DNA of 64,000 bases, taken from Raillietiella orientalis. Lineage: Eukaryota. Where the stretch lies: positions 1,798,001 through 1,862,000 of the forward strand of contig JAYWIR010000040.1 of the NCBI GenBank assembly GCA_036172245.1, in the 5' to 3' direction. The position numbers were made by a program, and so were the translations under genes. This document shows, piece by piece, positions 24,389 to 38,299 of the stretch (its first letter is position 1; every line of letters starts with the position of its first letter). A model generated the notes under the pieces. The model was not told the origin of the DNA. It did no database searches and saw nothing but the letters and a program-made list of their open reading frames with translations.

Positions 24389-27000
24389 TTGTGTGTGTGT
24401 GTGTGTGTGTATATACTGCTTCGAAATGAACGGGAGCACTTCACGAAACATTACACGTATTTACATCCTGCTTACTACACTGCGATGGGAAAAGATTGTA
24501 CACATCTGACCGAAATGGGAACTGCACGCAGGTGACGCAAAAAGTGCAGCCCAATAGCAGTCCGTATCGATAATGCCTTTTTGCATGTGCTCCCGGCGAC
24601 GTACTTCTTCTTTCCCTTGAGGAAAGGGGCCCGCCAGCAGCTCGAAGGAGGAAGGCGCCTGCGAGCGTGCGTCGCGGGCGCCCGCGTGCCAAGTCCACGC
24701 AGCGCCGACCCGGAACTGCGGGTGCGCCCGCGGTGCCCGGCCCTCCTGGGAACGGGCCCCTGCTTCGAAACGCCGCCCTTTCCGCGATGATCTCCTTCCT
24801 TCCTTCCTGGAAACGCAGCCCTTCGCCTGCCGTTCGGCGAGCCGTGGCAAAGGATGCCACGCAGTTTCACACACCGGGATGTGAGGTGCAGTGGGGGGGG
24901 GGGAGGGGGGGGGACGTTCGATCGGAATTCTTATTCCAAATTGCTGGAAACACTGCAGGACGGTGTACACGAAGATCTTTGCCGAACAGCCTCGCAGAAT
25001 CCGATTGCAATTCACGAAGGGCGCCATTCTGTGCCGCCGCGTTCCAGAAGTAAGAACCCGCCGAAACGGGAAGGATCGGAGGAGGGATCCTAACCTGATG
25101 GTTTGAGGATCGCTGCTCTCTTTTCACTCTCTTTGGGATGTGTTGGTTGCTGACGGCAACTTTTGCATGTCGATTTTTAATCCGAGGCTGCATATCTCTA
25201 CAGTCAGCTCGAGAAACCATGAAATGAATTGATTGAACCCGTATTCACAAACTGTCGGGTTTGGATGCTGATTGCAGAAGATTTTCAGTCCCGTCCATGT
25301 TGATATGCGACTTTCGTGGAAATTCAATAAGATTGTAAGAAAAAAAAAAAAAAAATTTCGACGATCGTTTTGCATAATTTCCTGTGTAAACTAGGAGTTC
25401 CTAGTTTATGGCTTCCGCTTGCATTTATTGCAGAAATTTTAGGCGTCTGTGCGCCAAAAATATATTAGAGAATGGTCGGAAAGCACAGCTCAAGTGACAT
25501 CAGTGAATATTTGAAGTACGATCCCTGGTACAAGTTCGGGAATGCACTCAGTGAAACTTCACAGGAAAACAAACTGTGTGGATTTCCATGGATAATCATG
25601 AATTCTGCCTGCTGTTTACAGACCCTCTCTATAGCGCTCTGTATTGTATACTCTGTGTGTACTTACAATGTGTTTAACTACAAATGCATACCTGTTGTAA
25701 AGACGCATATCCGCGTTTACACCGAAAAAAATTTTGCGTGACATTTTCATGCAAAATTCGTGTACATTTGCAACTTATAGTCAATGGGGAAGCTCACTGC
25801 AGTTGCCTCTAGTTACTCTAATACTTTTCAGAATGGGTTCAACAATTATACCGTGTTGGTACACCAGTGTTTCGTGTATCATGTATAGGGGCAATGAATA
25901 CATGCTGTTTATGAACGCTCGTTTATGAAATGAGTTCGTTTTTTTTTTTTTTTTCTCAAAAACAGATGCTTTTATCTTAAGTGCAAACGGCTTGCACCTG
26001 AACTGCTTAATGACCATACCATATGAAGAGCAGGATGCTAAGATTTCATTTCTTTCGTGTTGCCCTATTTCATGCATTTGTAAGGATCTTTCTACATGGA
26101 GAAGCACTCTTTCAGATGCTTTTCAGCTTCTTAGCAAGAGGTTGATATGTTTCCGTCGAGATCTTTCCATAGCATCACCCGACTGGCTCTACAACACCGT
26201 TCAGCACACGGCGTGGGCGAGGAAACACGCTGAAGAGCCCCCCAACCCCTTCTCCCGTGATAGCCGTTGATCTGAGCAGCCCTATGGAGAATCGGCATGT
26301 GGAATAGTTATATCAAACTCAGAGTAACCACATTTTGTTTTAGAAAGTGAGAGAAGCGTCTATCCATCCCACCAAGCTGAATCCCGAAACTACATCCTCT
26401 TAATAATTTTTGTGTTTCACACACACATTTCACATTTTACACGCAAAGAGTAAACTTTGTCAGATCATGCATGGATGTCTCGGACCATAACTGCGGAGCC
26501 TATAACATGAATTCCACTTTATGACTAAACTGCATTCCTGGACGTCTGTTCGAGCTGAGCGCAAAGGATACCCAAGTTTAGAAGATTATTGTCTATTCGG
26601 GGGAGCCCTGCTTCTCTCTTCGAAAGTGATGTGTGCAAAGTGTGCCTTCCCTTCATCTGCCTTATATACTATTATTTTCTCACAATTAATTTCCAACATG
26701 CAAGAATTGACTGAAGCATTGATTATCTGCACGTCTGTCTTCTTTTTTAAATTCTTTTAACTAAGCAATTTACGAATCATTTTTTTTTTTATAGGGGAAA
26801 AGTTCAAATTTGAAAATTTGCAGTTGTCTAAGCTTACATCTGAAGGACAAATGAGTGAAACCCATTGCATTTCCAGCGAAAGCGGTGATTGTGTAATTTT
26901 TCTTTTATGATTTTGTCATTTCTAATGGGATTTAAAGTCGCAAAATTAAGTGGCGTGAAAATTGGGAAATCATCACAATATTGTGGAACGCTTGCTTGCC
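23950..27000 (-). mobile_element. decayed non-LTR retrotransposon (finger region + partial RT)
   Basis: NAAAQNG / CFQQFGIRIP / AWHPL / AAW-VDLA motifs at 25050-24680 follow RT domain order; finger-like YGMVIKQFRC at ~26000. Confidence 0.5.
24343..24415. repeat. (CA)n(TA)n(TG)n compound microsatellite forming an inverted repeat
   Basis: Directly visible; a CA arm and a TG arm flank a self-complementary TA core. Confidence 0.95.
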
Positions 27001-27249
27001 TGGTACTTGCCATACGTCATCCATCTGGTTTCATATTCGTCGATAAACACCAAAGCTCGGAATTCGATTTCTTTTTTTTTTTTTTTTTCGTTTGTCTTTA
27101 TTAAAACTTTTTCCAGCCATCTGTCCTCGTGCAGACTCGAGGATTCTGCAGGCTGCAGCCACTTGCCTGCTAACGTGTAGCTGTGGGGGAAAAGCACTTT
27201 TCGAGCTTCGGACTGTGTTCTTCCTCATAAAAGCCTGCTTCTTGGCTTT

Positions 27250-30200
27250 TACGAGTGCGTTATCACCTGTTGAGTATGATCAATTATACGATAAATAAAA
27301 AGTCATTCAATGTCCCATGCTTCCGGAACATTCCCAATTTGGTGATCAGAATTTACCCTGCATCGTTTCAAGTGCAGGCTGTCACACCGTGAATTATCGC
27401 TGCTCGCACTTGCAAGCTCTTCGGCAGCTTTGGTCGCGGCAAAGACAAATGCCTCAAGAATTTCGAAAGGGTTCGAAATATCAGGTGTATGCTTCGTCCA
27501 CTTTCGTCCATTCAACCACTGAATCCCTTTCAGAATTTAGGGATCAGATATCAGCAGACGAAATGCTCCTGTTTTGTACAAGGTGAACAAACGACGTATA
27601 AGCACAGTGATCCGGAGATAGGCGGTCGTTATGCAACTACATCCACCAAATGCATCAAGAGGTGGAAATGCTGTTCACTCAACGAACGGCTGAAAGAGCT
27701 GGTAGGGTGGGTGCCAACCTTAAGACGAAAGACCTGAGACGAAGCAGAAAAGCGCTAAAGTTGACTGTTGTTTTAAGGAACCGCGAATAAAATGCTACCT
27801 CAATCCCCTGTTGAAACTCAGGACTTCACAAGTGGGTGGTTGATAAATACATAACTTCAAAGTCATGGCAATGATGCTTTTTTCTCCCGAATCGAGGTGG
27901 TACGGAACTTATTACCAAACAGATATCTATTGAATTTACCAAAAAAAATAAAATAAAATTAATGAAGCAACTACGAGGTCTATAGTTTTTATGAAATGAT
28001 ATGGAAATAACTAGACATTTGTTTATGATGACAACGATTTGTTTTCTTGGTGTACTGGTGATGAGTTTGCCAGAAAACCACTGCAGATTCAAACTTGATC
28101 CATGCAAGTGGTTCTGGAAAAGTTAATAATGATAACATTCCCAAAAGTCTGTTGGAACTTTAATTCATAGGGCACTTAGGGGGTCTAAAGTAAAGTGATG
28201 CTACATCCTACATGTTTCAAAAGAGGTGCTTTTGCAAGTATTGAAGGACACAGGATATGGAAGTTATGTCTGATATAAGAATGATGCAGCTGAAATATAA
28301 AAGGTAACTTTCATAGGCATTTCATAAAATTGAATTCTTTGAATTTTTTCAAAAGTACAAAGGTCATCTCTTGCTGGCCACAATTTTTTCGTTTTGGGCA
28401 TACTGGTACTGCTATGCAGTTGCCAGTTGTACTCACTTTCTTTGTGAGTTAGCACATCATTTCAGAACTATAGCGACTACGAAAAACTGTGACTCAGAAC
28501 CTTTTACAAAATCATTTTGAAACTTCAACTTTTTTTGTACAGTGAAATTAGAAAGCAGTTGCGTCCTCGAGCGTCCCGTTGAATTACGAAATAATCGAAT
28601 TCGAAGACCACAGGGTTGTTGCAGTACGATCTCAACGCTGGACAACTAGAGGGAATCTTAATGAAATTAAGTCTTGAAATATGGTGAAGCACAAGATGCT
28701 ATTTTTTTCTTTTTGTGATGGTAGATTTGGTTGTAATGCGTCAAGGATAGCTAAAAATAATTCTATAGTTCTCTTTCCTAATAATTAAAACATTACTTAT
28801 GTTCATCTTGAAGTCGAAGTTACTTCTACGAGATGCACCTTTCTCCAGATTTTTTTTATCCACATAGCAAGAGAAGTTTCTTCTAAACAAAAATCGTCGC
28901 AAGGAACTATTTACACTCCTTGTGTTTTGCGAATCGCCTCAAGTCTTTGCAGTTTCGGCAAGATCCATAAAAAAAAGTTTTCTTCTTGCATGGTTACATT
29001 TTTATAGTCTATGGGCTAGTGAAACAAGCATCAATAAAGCATCGGAAGGTGGTTGAATAGATTAGTACTGCTAATGAAAATGGCTTGGAACACTTTCACT
29101 GCCTTGTTGCTTAAGCTGAAATCAAGATAACTTCATCACTAATGACGTACAATCAACACGTACCATTGCAAAGAATAAAAGGAAACAGCAATCATGCGTC
29201 TTTTCTCAAATAGAGTAAGCTTTGATTTTCCTATCAGCATTTCCAAGGAATAAAAAACATTTTTTTACCAACAGTTGCTTTTGATCGAGGTTAGTTTCAA
29301 AAGATTTCCTCACTTTCGAGCATTTTTCGTAGAATGAGCATTTTTTTGACTTTGGTTACAAGTGTGTACAGAATGTTAGAGAGACATGGAGAACTCAGCT
29401 TGAAAGTTTCGTTCCACCTATACTTGGAACATAGACCTTTCGAGACATCAACGCTTACTGTTGAATGGATCCATCATCTCCGACTGTTTCACAAGTTCCC
29501 TAAACATTGAGTCTTTTGCTTTCTGCAAGTATGTACATTTTAGTGCATGAGGTGTGGATAAGGAAGGTCTGTTTTGTGCAACCTTCAAAAACGAACTAAT
29601 AGAGCTGGCGGAGATATTTTCTTGCTTGCGATTATCAAAAAATCTACATAATTCGAAAACACAAAGCAGAGTTGATTTTAATGACTTTTTATTGTTGGTA
29701 AAAGGTCTCGAAAGGAGTTTTAAGACTTCTCGGCTGGAATAGACGAGGAACTTATTTTGATGACCTTACGAGGATGATTTTAAATGTCTGAAAGTTCTTA
29801 ACGATCATATCAAAATATCCATCCCAGATTATGGTAAAATATACGGGGCTGCAATGTTGACTCGTCGGCGGCACATCAACAAATCCAAAACGGATCCAAA
29901 GCTTTCCACACATTAGTGCTCTAACATCATGATTACCTATTAGCAACAAGTGCATGATTATCAATTGAATACATCGCAGGTGTTTGTTTTTTTTTTGTTG
30001 TTTTTTTTTTTTTTTTTGGAAAACGACTGTGATTTTTGACTGAGAAAACCGAGTATTCCATCCAGAAAGGTATTTTGTTGCTGGCTGCCGGTTAAGGCAC
30101 GATCAAAATTAGAATTTTGTAAATTTAAGGGTGGAGAGCACTGTTTTTTTGTGCTCTTAGTCTAGAGGGTTTGCTGCAATTCAACAGACATGATGAATAT

Positions 30201-30400
30201 CTCGTGGTAAAAATGCTAGCCTAAAATGAGAACAGTGATTTTTGTGAGTTCATTTATGTTTATGAATGAAAGCATTCATCTCTCAATCATCGAATGTTCT
30301 TAACGTTATTCTGTATGTATCTTTTGACTAAACAGTGGATCTTTGGCCGTATGCTAAATTAATGCTCTTCCTTTCAACTGTACTTCGTGGATTTTCAGGG
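27250..30400 (-). mobile_element. decayed RLE non-LTR retrotransposon (AT-rich copy)
   Basis: ORF 27303-27515 PDISNPFEILEAF..A..K...GNVPEAWDIE matches the RLE C-terminus. A weak ADD-like motif lies at ~28900; the 5' end is approximate. Confidence 0.55.
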
Positions 30401-30559
30401 GAGGCTTTTCTTGTGTCCGTAAATCGAAAGTTTGCTTATTGTGACTGTGGAGAGCAAACGCACAATTTCAACTTATAAGGAAAATAACGAAAATGTGCTA
30501 AAATACTCGATGCAAGGAAGAGAAACGTTTTGATACAGTCCAAGATAAAGTTTACGAAA

Positions 30560-31330
30560 TGCTTGTGTGTTCCAAAATGCAGGGAGCTGAACTTCGCTGT
30601 CAAATGAGGTAAATCTTCATCCACGGTGGTGTGCGAGGTGTTTCCCGTACGAAACCGAAGCGTCAAAGTGCGTCCCTAATTATGCGTGCAAAACCACAAT
30701 GAAAGCGTCCACGGTGAATGTTGGTGACCGTTAAGGGAGCTGACAATTTAGGTGTGTGAGGCAGAGTAGCATACCGCAAACCATATGCTGATGCAACCCA
30801 TTGCTGCTTGTGTATTTGTTTGCCCTTGTGAAGCCAAAAGCAAAACCTAACCGAAAGTAAGTCACTGCACTGTAATGGAACACCTGTGTATGATACATAC
30901 ATAAACGTGAGCCTCGGCACTTGGCTTTCCCAAGGAATAAAAAAAACCTAGGCGTACACCTAGGTGGGCTGGTTGTGGATGCGTTGTTGTTTGTGATTTG
31001 TGATTAATTAGGCACTTCACAAGTGATGAATTAATTGTTGCGACGCAACAGAAAGCGTTTGTGGGCGATTTGATCATTTGCACGGCACATACGAATCCGG
31101 TTTACCAATAGGCCAGTCTTACACGTAGTTGGGCTGTGCTGCGTATCAGGCAGGTTGCACAAGGAAGTCTTGATAGTCGTTTGTTTTTGTAGATAAGAGA
31201 AACGCCTCTAAATACTTCATCCCGTCGTTTGTATCTCCGGATATAGTGCCTTTGGCTTTGTTCTGTTTACCTTTTGCTTGTGGGCGACTAACGCGTTTTA
31301 TCTATCGTTTTATGTACGGACTCGAAAGTT
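30560..31330. promoter_or_regulatory. putative (possibly bidirectional MADD/CHMP2A) promoter region
   Basis: Locally CpG-richer non-coding block upstream of CHMP2A. The MADD ATG is preceded by a splice acceptor (ctgcag|tcaATG), so it needs an upstream non-coding exon. Inference only. Confidence 0.3.
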
Positions 31331-31612
31331 AAAACTCAAGTACTTATTAGTTCTGCTTATTAGTTCCATGTATTCTTTGTTTACCCATTGCGTAATAAGT
31401 TATGTAGATCCGTCAGTCAATTGTTAAAAAGTGCCAAAGTTAGAAATTTCGTAACTCTCAAGATGAAAGAAACTGATTTTAATGCATGTATTGCAAGCGT
31501 GTTTCCACTTTAGTTGCTGAAAATGAAAATTACATGACGAGGAAAACTTGCCAATAATAACTTTGAGAAACAGCAAGCATTTTCTTACGAGAAGAATACG
31601 ACTGTTGAAACC

Positions 31613-32427
31613 ATGCCACTTGAGTGGTTATTTGGCCACAGGTTAACACCTGAAGAAATGCTCAGAAAAAATCAGAGAGCATTAAATAAAGCTATTAGAG
31701 ATATAGATAGAGAACGCTTAAAAATGGAACAGCAAGAGAAAAAGATCATAATGGATATTAAAAAAATGGCCAAAGAGAATCAGATGGTGAATATATTAAC
31801 TTATATATTTTCAATTATTTCTTTAGTTATAGGAAGCTGTTAGAATCATGGCCAAGGATTTGGTACGAACTCGTCGTTATGTCAAGAAGTTTATGTTAAT
31901 GCGTGCTAACATACAAGCAGTTTCACTTAAAATTCAAACACTGAGGTCTCAGAATGCAATGGCCTTGGCCATGAAAGGGGTTACTCAAGCCATGCAAACA
32001 ATGAATAGGTTCTCACTTTATTGTTTTAAAATGTGATTGTTATTTTGAAACAGGCAATTGCGTCTTCCACAAATACAGCAAATTATGCAAGAATTTGAAA
32101 AGCAGTCAGAAATCATGGACATGAAAGAAGAAGTACTGAGTGATGCAATTGATGATGCTATGGGTGATGAAGATGATGAAGAAGAAAGGTAAGCTGCTGC
32201 TGTTTATTTATGCAATATGTTTTTTCAAATTTTATCATAGTGACGCCATTGTAAACCAAGTGTTAGATGAGTTAGGTTTGCAGCTGTCAAATGAATTTTC
32301 AAAATTGCCACAGGCTTATGACTCGGTGTCTGTTTCTGCAAATGCTGGTAAAACAGCAGCTACAACACCTATAGTAGATGCAGATGCTGATTTGCAAGCT
32401 CGACTGGATAGTTTGCGTCGGGAATGA
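31613..32427 (+). CDS. CHMP2A: charged multivesicular body protein 2A (ESCRT-III, Vps2), 223 aa, 4 exons
   Basis: Exons 31613-31786, 31833-32008, 32054-32188, 32241-32427, with GT-AG introns of 46, 45 and 52 nt. Protein reads TPEEMLRKNQRALNKA...MAKDLVRTRRYVKKFMLMRANIQAVSLKIQTL...DADLQARLDSLRRE. Confidence 0.97.
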
Positions 32428-32759
32428 AAATATGCTTATTTGCAGACCTACAGTAAAAGTGTTGTTGGGTTCCTTTGATTCATCAAAAAACTTTTGCACC
32501 ATTTACTTGAGAACAGGGAGCTCCTGTACTTTACTAATGCATTGTAATGTTTCCAAGTTAAATAAGTTTCTATAACAGAGAATTTCATTATTTTTAATTA
32601 TGTGAAGATACTCATTGGTTTGTTTGTAGAAGTTTTAGGTGATGAATCTTACAGATATTATAAAATACAGAATGATTTAATCTTTAAGGATTCAGAGAGT
32701 ACTTCAAATTTTTATTCATTTTAAACACTTTAATCCCAAAAAATGTATTAAGATCTTCA

Positions 32760-33900
32760 GGAATGGCAAAAGGGTGCATACAAGGGAGATCATTAAAGGT
32801 TTTTAGTTTTGATTGGAAGAAAAATACGAAATATGAAAAAGCGAAGGACCAAGAAACTTAGAAAGTGAAGCTGATAAGTGAACAAGAGCTTTATAAGAAA
32901 TTGAATATCTTTAAGGTTGTTAATTTAGATATTTTAGATTGATTTCTTCTAGACCATGAGACTAGTAAGAGAGATAAGACTGAATTTATGTCAGTATGAA
33001 ATGAATTGAGAAGCACAATTTGGTTTGCAAATGCTCACTAGCTGAAAACCCTCAAATTGAAAATGAATGCAAGAATTGGGCATGAAAGTTTCAAAGTTCA
33101 AAACAGGTCTAGTTAAAGAGTGAAGGATAGGAACAGGATGCACTTTGAATATGGAAGCAAAATTGTTTGTGGTTACTTGAAATTGGATTGTTTAGAGTTA
33201 TGTTACTTAAAGTTACTCATAATTATGTTTTTATTAAGCAGATTTTCGTTCAAGTGCAACATTTAAGAAATCTTTGTTCTAATCTGTTTACCAATTTGAT
33301 TATATTTTGCTTATGTGTGACGAAAATTCTCCAAATCCCTTAATATAATGACTCTCCATAAGATGCAAATGGCCATAAAATTTTCTGGGTAGACTTGGGT
33401 AGTGTTGGAATTTAATTGAAAAGTGAATCTACATCAGGGGCATTAGGAGTGAAACTTGTGACAAATAACTCTGTTAACAGAATGAACTTTAGAAGAGGTG
33501 TTGAAAGGAAAGCAACCTTGAGTGCTTCGTGAGATCTTGATTGAAGATGAAAACTTAATCTTATTAATGAGTACAGCAAACAAGCAAACAGGAACAGGCA
33601 AATGATAAAATGTTACAGAAAGTTACATGCATAGAATAGGTCAAGGTAAAAGCAAGGTTACAATCAGTTTCGATCAGAAGATTGTCACTTGTTGTTATGC
33701 ATCAGTTTAAGGAAAGGAAATTCAATAGTCCCAAGAAGTATTGCATGTTCAGTTAGTGGTAAAAGTCGCTGTTTGATGGTTCTCAAATTATTAGGATGCT
33801 TGTAAAGTAGAGAGTAATCAACAAGCACATTAGACAGGTTCTCCTTAAATGAATGAATATGTGAAGGGTTTTAGAGATGAGGTTACATTAGTTAATGGAA
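32760..33900 (+). mobile_element. highly decayed LINE (RTE/CR1-like RT) remnant
   Basis: Purine-rich stretch with DWKK, LYKKL, LDI, FAY(V/A)-D and (Y)LGSV-like motifs in RT order, with many stops. Confidence 0.35.
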
Positions 33901-34897
33901 CATTAAAGAGTCAAGAGTTATTAAAATTGCAAGTGTTTTTGGGAGCAGGAGGATATATGCAAAATGAAATTTCAAGGTTAAAGGAAATGGAACTTGGCAA
34001 GTGGGAAAAAAACAGTCTTCTTTTAAGTGTAGCAGTCTGATATTTCAACTTGGAAAGTATTCAAACATACTTATAACAGCAAGCAATTTAAGAGGAGGTA
34101 AAAGTGGAAACTGATTGCATGAAGAAATATGCACACTAGACAAACAATGGAAATTATTATACATGGATTTGGACTTAGTTCCAAATATTTTGACATGGAA
34201 AAGAAGGGAGAAATCTTTGGTTGGAAGGATTCACAAATGGAAAAGGTAAACCAGATGCAAGAAAAAAAATAATTAAAATTTACTTTTGTGTCCAGTGCCA
34301 AATGTTTACAGATGTCCTAACAATAACTAGATGCAAACTGCATCCCATACTTGTTGAAGTGTGTGAGGATAACTTATTTTTTTTTATTCGGTTGCACACT
34401 TATATCATTTATGTCAGCTCTTTTGACTATTGGAAAGAAGGATTTTTAAACATATCCGCTACATATAGAGATTAATTTTTTTTGCTTTTGACATTTGAAA
34501 AATATCATCAGATATCAACAGGATCTCACAACAGGAAACATTAAAAGTAAATATAAATAATTAAATGAATATCAATATGTTTACGCATTTTGTTTGGATT
34601 CCTCTTGTGCAACAAAACTGCTTCTCAATATATGTAGTATACTTATGAAGAAAGTAAAATATCTTAATGTAATCTGTAACAGTCTGCACAAGTTCTGTTT
34701 TGTTCATCTTGAGTAGGAAAAATATTTGTCTCTTAAGGTTGTCACTTCACTTTACAACTAAACATGGTCAACACTAACATCCCTTCCACAATGCCATAGA
34801 ATTTTGTACAGGCAAAAATGAAGAACACTTAAGAATAGTATTCACGGAGTTTTGCTATTTATTTTCTTCATTACTGATGTCTAATATTTCCTGATAT

Positions 34898-37388
34898 TCA
34901 ACCTAATTTATAAAAATAAGTATGAGACCCTAAGTGAATGTTAATAGCATAAGAACGATGATCCTCAGGAATACGTCTCATCCATATATTTCCCTTCAAA
35001 TACTCTCCTATAAATTAGAAGTTGTTGCTTCCAAATGACAGTTTCATTAGTGAGCCTACCTTTATGGACTGACAATGGCTCAGGAAGATAAAAGCAAGCT
35101 TGTTTCCAGTGGGTACTGGGATTGTGTGGTGCAGTGCTAAAACTAACTGGTTTTGGTAAATCAAAAAATACATCAAAATAACCAACAAATCCATGCACCA
35201 AGCAATCTCGTTCTATTTCAAAGACAAATGACGTCTGGAAATCCAAGTCTTCCTTCAGTGCAATATAAATTAGGGAACATTAAGATTTGTTACTGACCAT
35301 AGTGCAGGTGTACATGTTGTATTCCTTAATAACAAATCTCGAACTTACAACAGCATCACAAGGAATGCATTCAGCCAGAACTTCATGAAGAAGCTGTTGC
35401 TGGAGACAAGTCATTTTGTAACCATACACATTATTCCAAAAAGATACATTATTCTGATACAGACCTGACACAAGCCAAGTTCAGTATAAACATTAGAATG
35501 CATACATACTCAATGAAGAAAACAAAGCTAATGATAAGGAACAACGATTTGGCATGATGATGCCTCCTGGTTTCAAGCACTTTTGTCTTGCACATATAAC
35601 ACTCTCCAACATGCTTTCAAAAAGTAAAAAGTAACCCATCCACTCTGAGATTAGGATATCTACACATTCCACATTTTCAGTTTCAATGCAACCCTTCAGC
35701 ACATGAATTCTGTCTTGCAATTGATTTTCCCTAAGGCCATATATATTGAAAATATTGAAATAAACATTAACACAGGAATATGGTTTCAAAATGGATTCAA
35801 AGAGAAATACTCAATTCAGCTTCATGCTTTATGCATCAATGGATTCAAACTAAGCAGTAAATTAACTATGCAAGAAAGAGAAATAAAAATAAATGCATTC
35901 AATGTGGAATTAGTTTTCCTCATTGCCTTCAGAGGAGTACAGTTTACAATACTATGGAGGTAATCAAAAGGTTTTCATGTCACAACTTCCATTTGAAAGT
36001 TCTGCAACTCTAATTAAGGAGTTTATGCATTCAAAACCAGAAACTTTAATTCATCAAATATAGATTTCTTGTGCTCGAAATATGCCAGACTTTCCATTCA
36101 GTGTTCACAACTTGGAAACCATATTGAACAAAAAGTTGACATTAGTTAGGAGAACAATAAAGCATAAACGATTCAACTAACATCTAACAAATGAACAATT
36201 CCATTACCAGTCAATAGGGAAATGCTTAAAATGAAAATTCAATATGTTATTAGATCACAACGAATTGACTGTACTTTCTATACAGTTTACATTACTAGTC
36301 GAACATTAACTGTCTTGAGCTTGTTAGCATGAAATCTTTTCCTTCAACGTACATTTCTTATAAAACTGTAAAACAAGTTTTGCAACCAGGGTTAGCGAAC
36401 ATGTTTACTGTGTGTGTAAATATGTAAGGACTATTATAAACACAACTTACTTAATGATTTCAACAGCACTAAACACAATATCCGATTCATCAATAGCAAT
36501 AACTTTTCCAGCTCCCCCTTCTACAGCAAAAAGGCTAAGAATGCCAGAACCGCATCCAAGATCTAAAACTGTTTTATTTGTGAATAACCAACTGTTCTGT
36601 AGAACTGCTTTATGAAAACTTTCTGTTCTAATGCTATCCTAAGAAAATATGAAATGCTAGAATTCTAGAATCATTCCTAACCTTCAACATTTCATGATGG
36701 ATACTGAAATGAGAATAAGTTTGAAAATATGTTTCATCTTTAGACAATGTGTGGCAATCCTCAGTTTGGGGGTCTGCTATGACTGAGTGACAAAACGTTT
36801 TCATTTTCTGTACATCTGTTAACAGGTGTTCTAATTGATTATTTTTAAGCTGAAGCAACTTTTTACAAAATTCCAGTTCTTGCTCTAAGTGATTGTTCGA
36901 ATGCATTTTGTGTTCTATAATTATTGATTACATAATCGAAATTATATTAAAAAACCTGTTGATGTGAGTTCTGTATCCTCTTCATATGTTTCTATTTCTT
37001 CTTCGATATCTAAAATTAATGAAATGATGCTACTGAACTGATGTTATTAATTTCAATGCATACCAAACATAAGAAGTTCATCATCACTCATAAATGGTTT
37101 CATGAACTCATCATCTTCCCAGTTGGCCTCATCTTCAAGTCTTAATAGTATTTCTTCTTGGGAGATGCCACTGTGAACACTTCTTCTTACATAATTTATT
37201 AATTTTATATAGGCTATGCTCTCGAGTCGCCATTTTTTTTTGACTAACTCAATATCGAAGTTATGAATTTCTCTGCAATGCTCATATACTCCCGTGCATG
37301 AATTAAATACTTCCGTGCAGAATAAACATTGTGCAGAACATGGAATTTCTTCAAAGTCCTCAACAGATAGCTCACTTGAGCTGTCCAT
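34898..37388 (-). CDS. PRMT3: protein arginine N-methyltransferase 3 (N-terminal C2H2 zinc finger + type I PRMT core)
   Basis: N-terminal CLFC...H...H finger followed by YIKLINYVR; YFQTYSHFSIHHEMLKD; motif I VLDLGCGSGILS (~36570-36535); double-E loop SEWMGYFLLFESML; THW loop (~35110); stop TGA at 34900-34898. GT-AG introns throughout. Confidence 0.95.
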
Positions 37389-38299
37389 GCTCACACTGAT
37401 GGATTTCAAACAAGTTCAAATGGCATTATAAACAACATGACATAAATCAGTTTCATGTAACTTCCTGAAATTAACTGCATGCCGCAAAAACGCTGGATCC
37501 CACTACTGACATTTAGAACATGAAATAACCGGACGCGTTCACCAGATAAAATACATCCAGTTTAGGGTACTGACAGGTGCACGTGGCCTTACACACAAAT
37601 ACATGCATCATAACCCACGTTAAATAGCTGGGTAATAATATAAACTACACAATTTCAAGTATGGATAAGTATTTATAGAATATTACATTAGCAAAGGGAA
37701 AGTCTAAAGCTTCTGGATGGCAACTTCAATACCACATCTTTCCACCTTTTCCCAAAAGGATTTTGCAAGAACTAATTATCTCTAAGAATTGTGCCACTGC
37801 AACGTCACATCTAAACCTCCAATTTGTGTTACAAAACTGAAGATGAACTATTTTTCTTACGGTAATTAAATGAAAATTACGAAGAAGCGTTTTTTATTCT
37901 CGTTTAATTCCTAAATTGCAAAATAAAAATAGCAAACGATTTGTTCAAATTAAGAATGCCGTGAAGCAAATTCAGCAATTATGTTTAAGATGAAAATTTA
38001 GATCCGAATAGAGACACTAATGAAAGAAATTATGAATAGATATTATGTAAAGAATATTAGAAACGTGAATCGGAAGTCAGATGTTTCAGATGAAATGCTT
38101 CCTTCTTTTTCTCGGTATCAAAATTCACATTTAGAGGGAAATCCTCAGTTATTGAACAGAAAGTAGTTATTGACGTTTGATTTCTGGTACACATATAAGC
38201 CTATGGTCTCGTTAATGATATAAAATACTGAAAGTGATTGGGAGAAAGTATGCATACACTATACATTGCTAATTTTTAAAAGTACTTCGAAGCAAGAAA

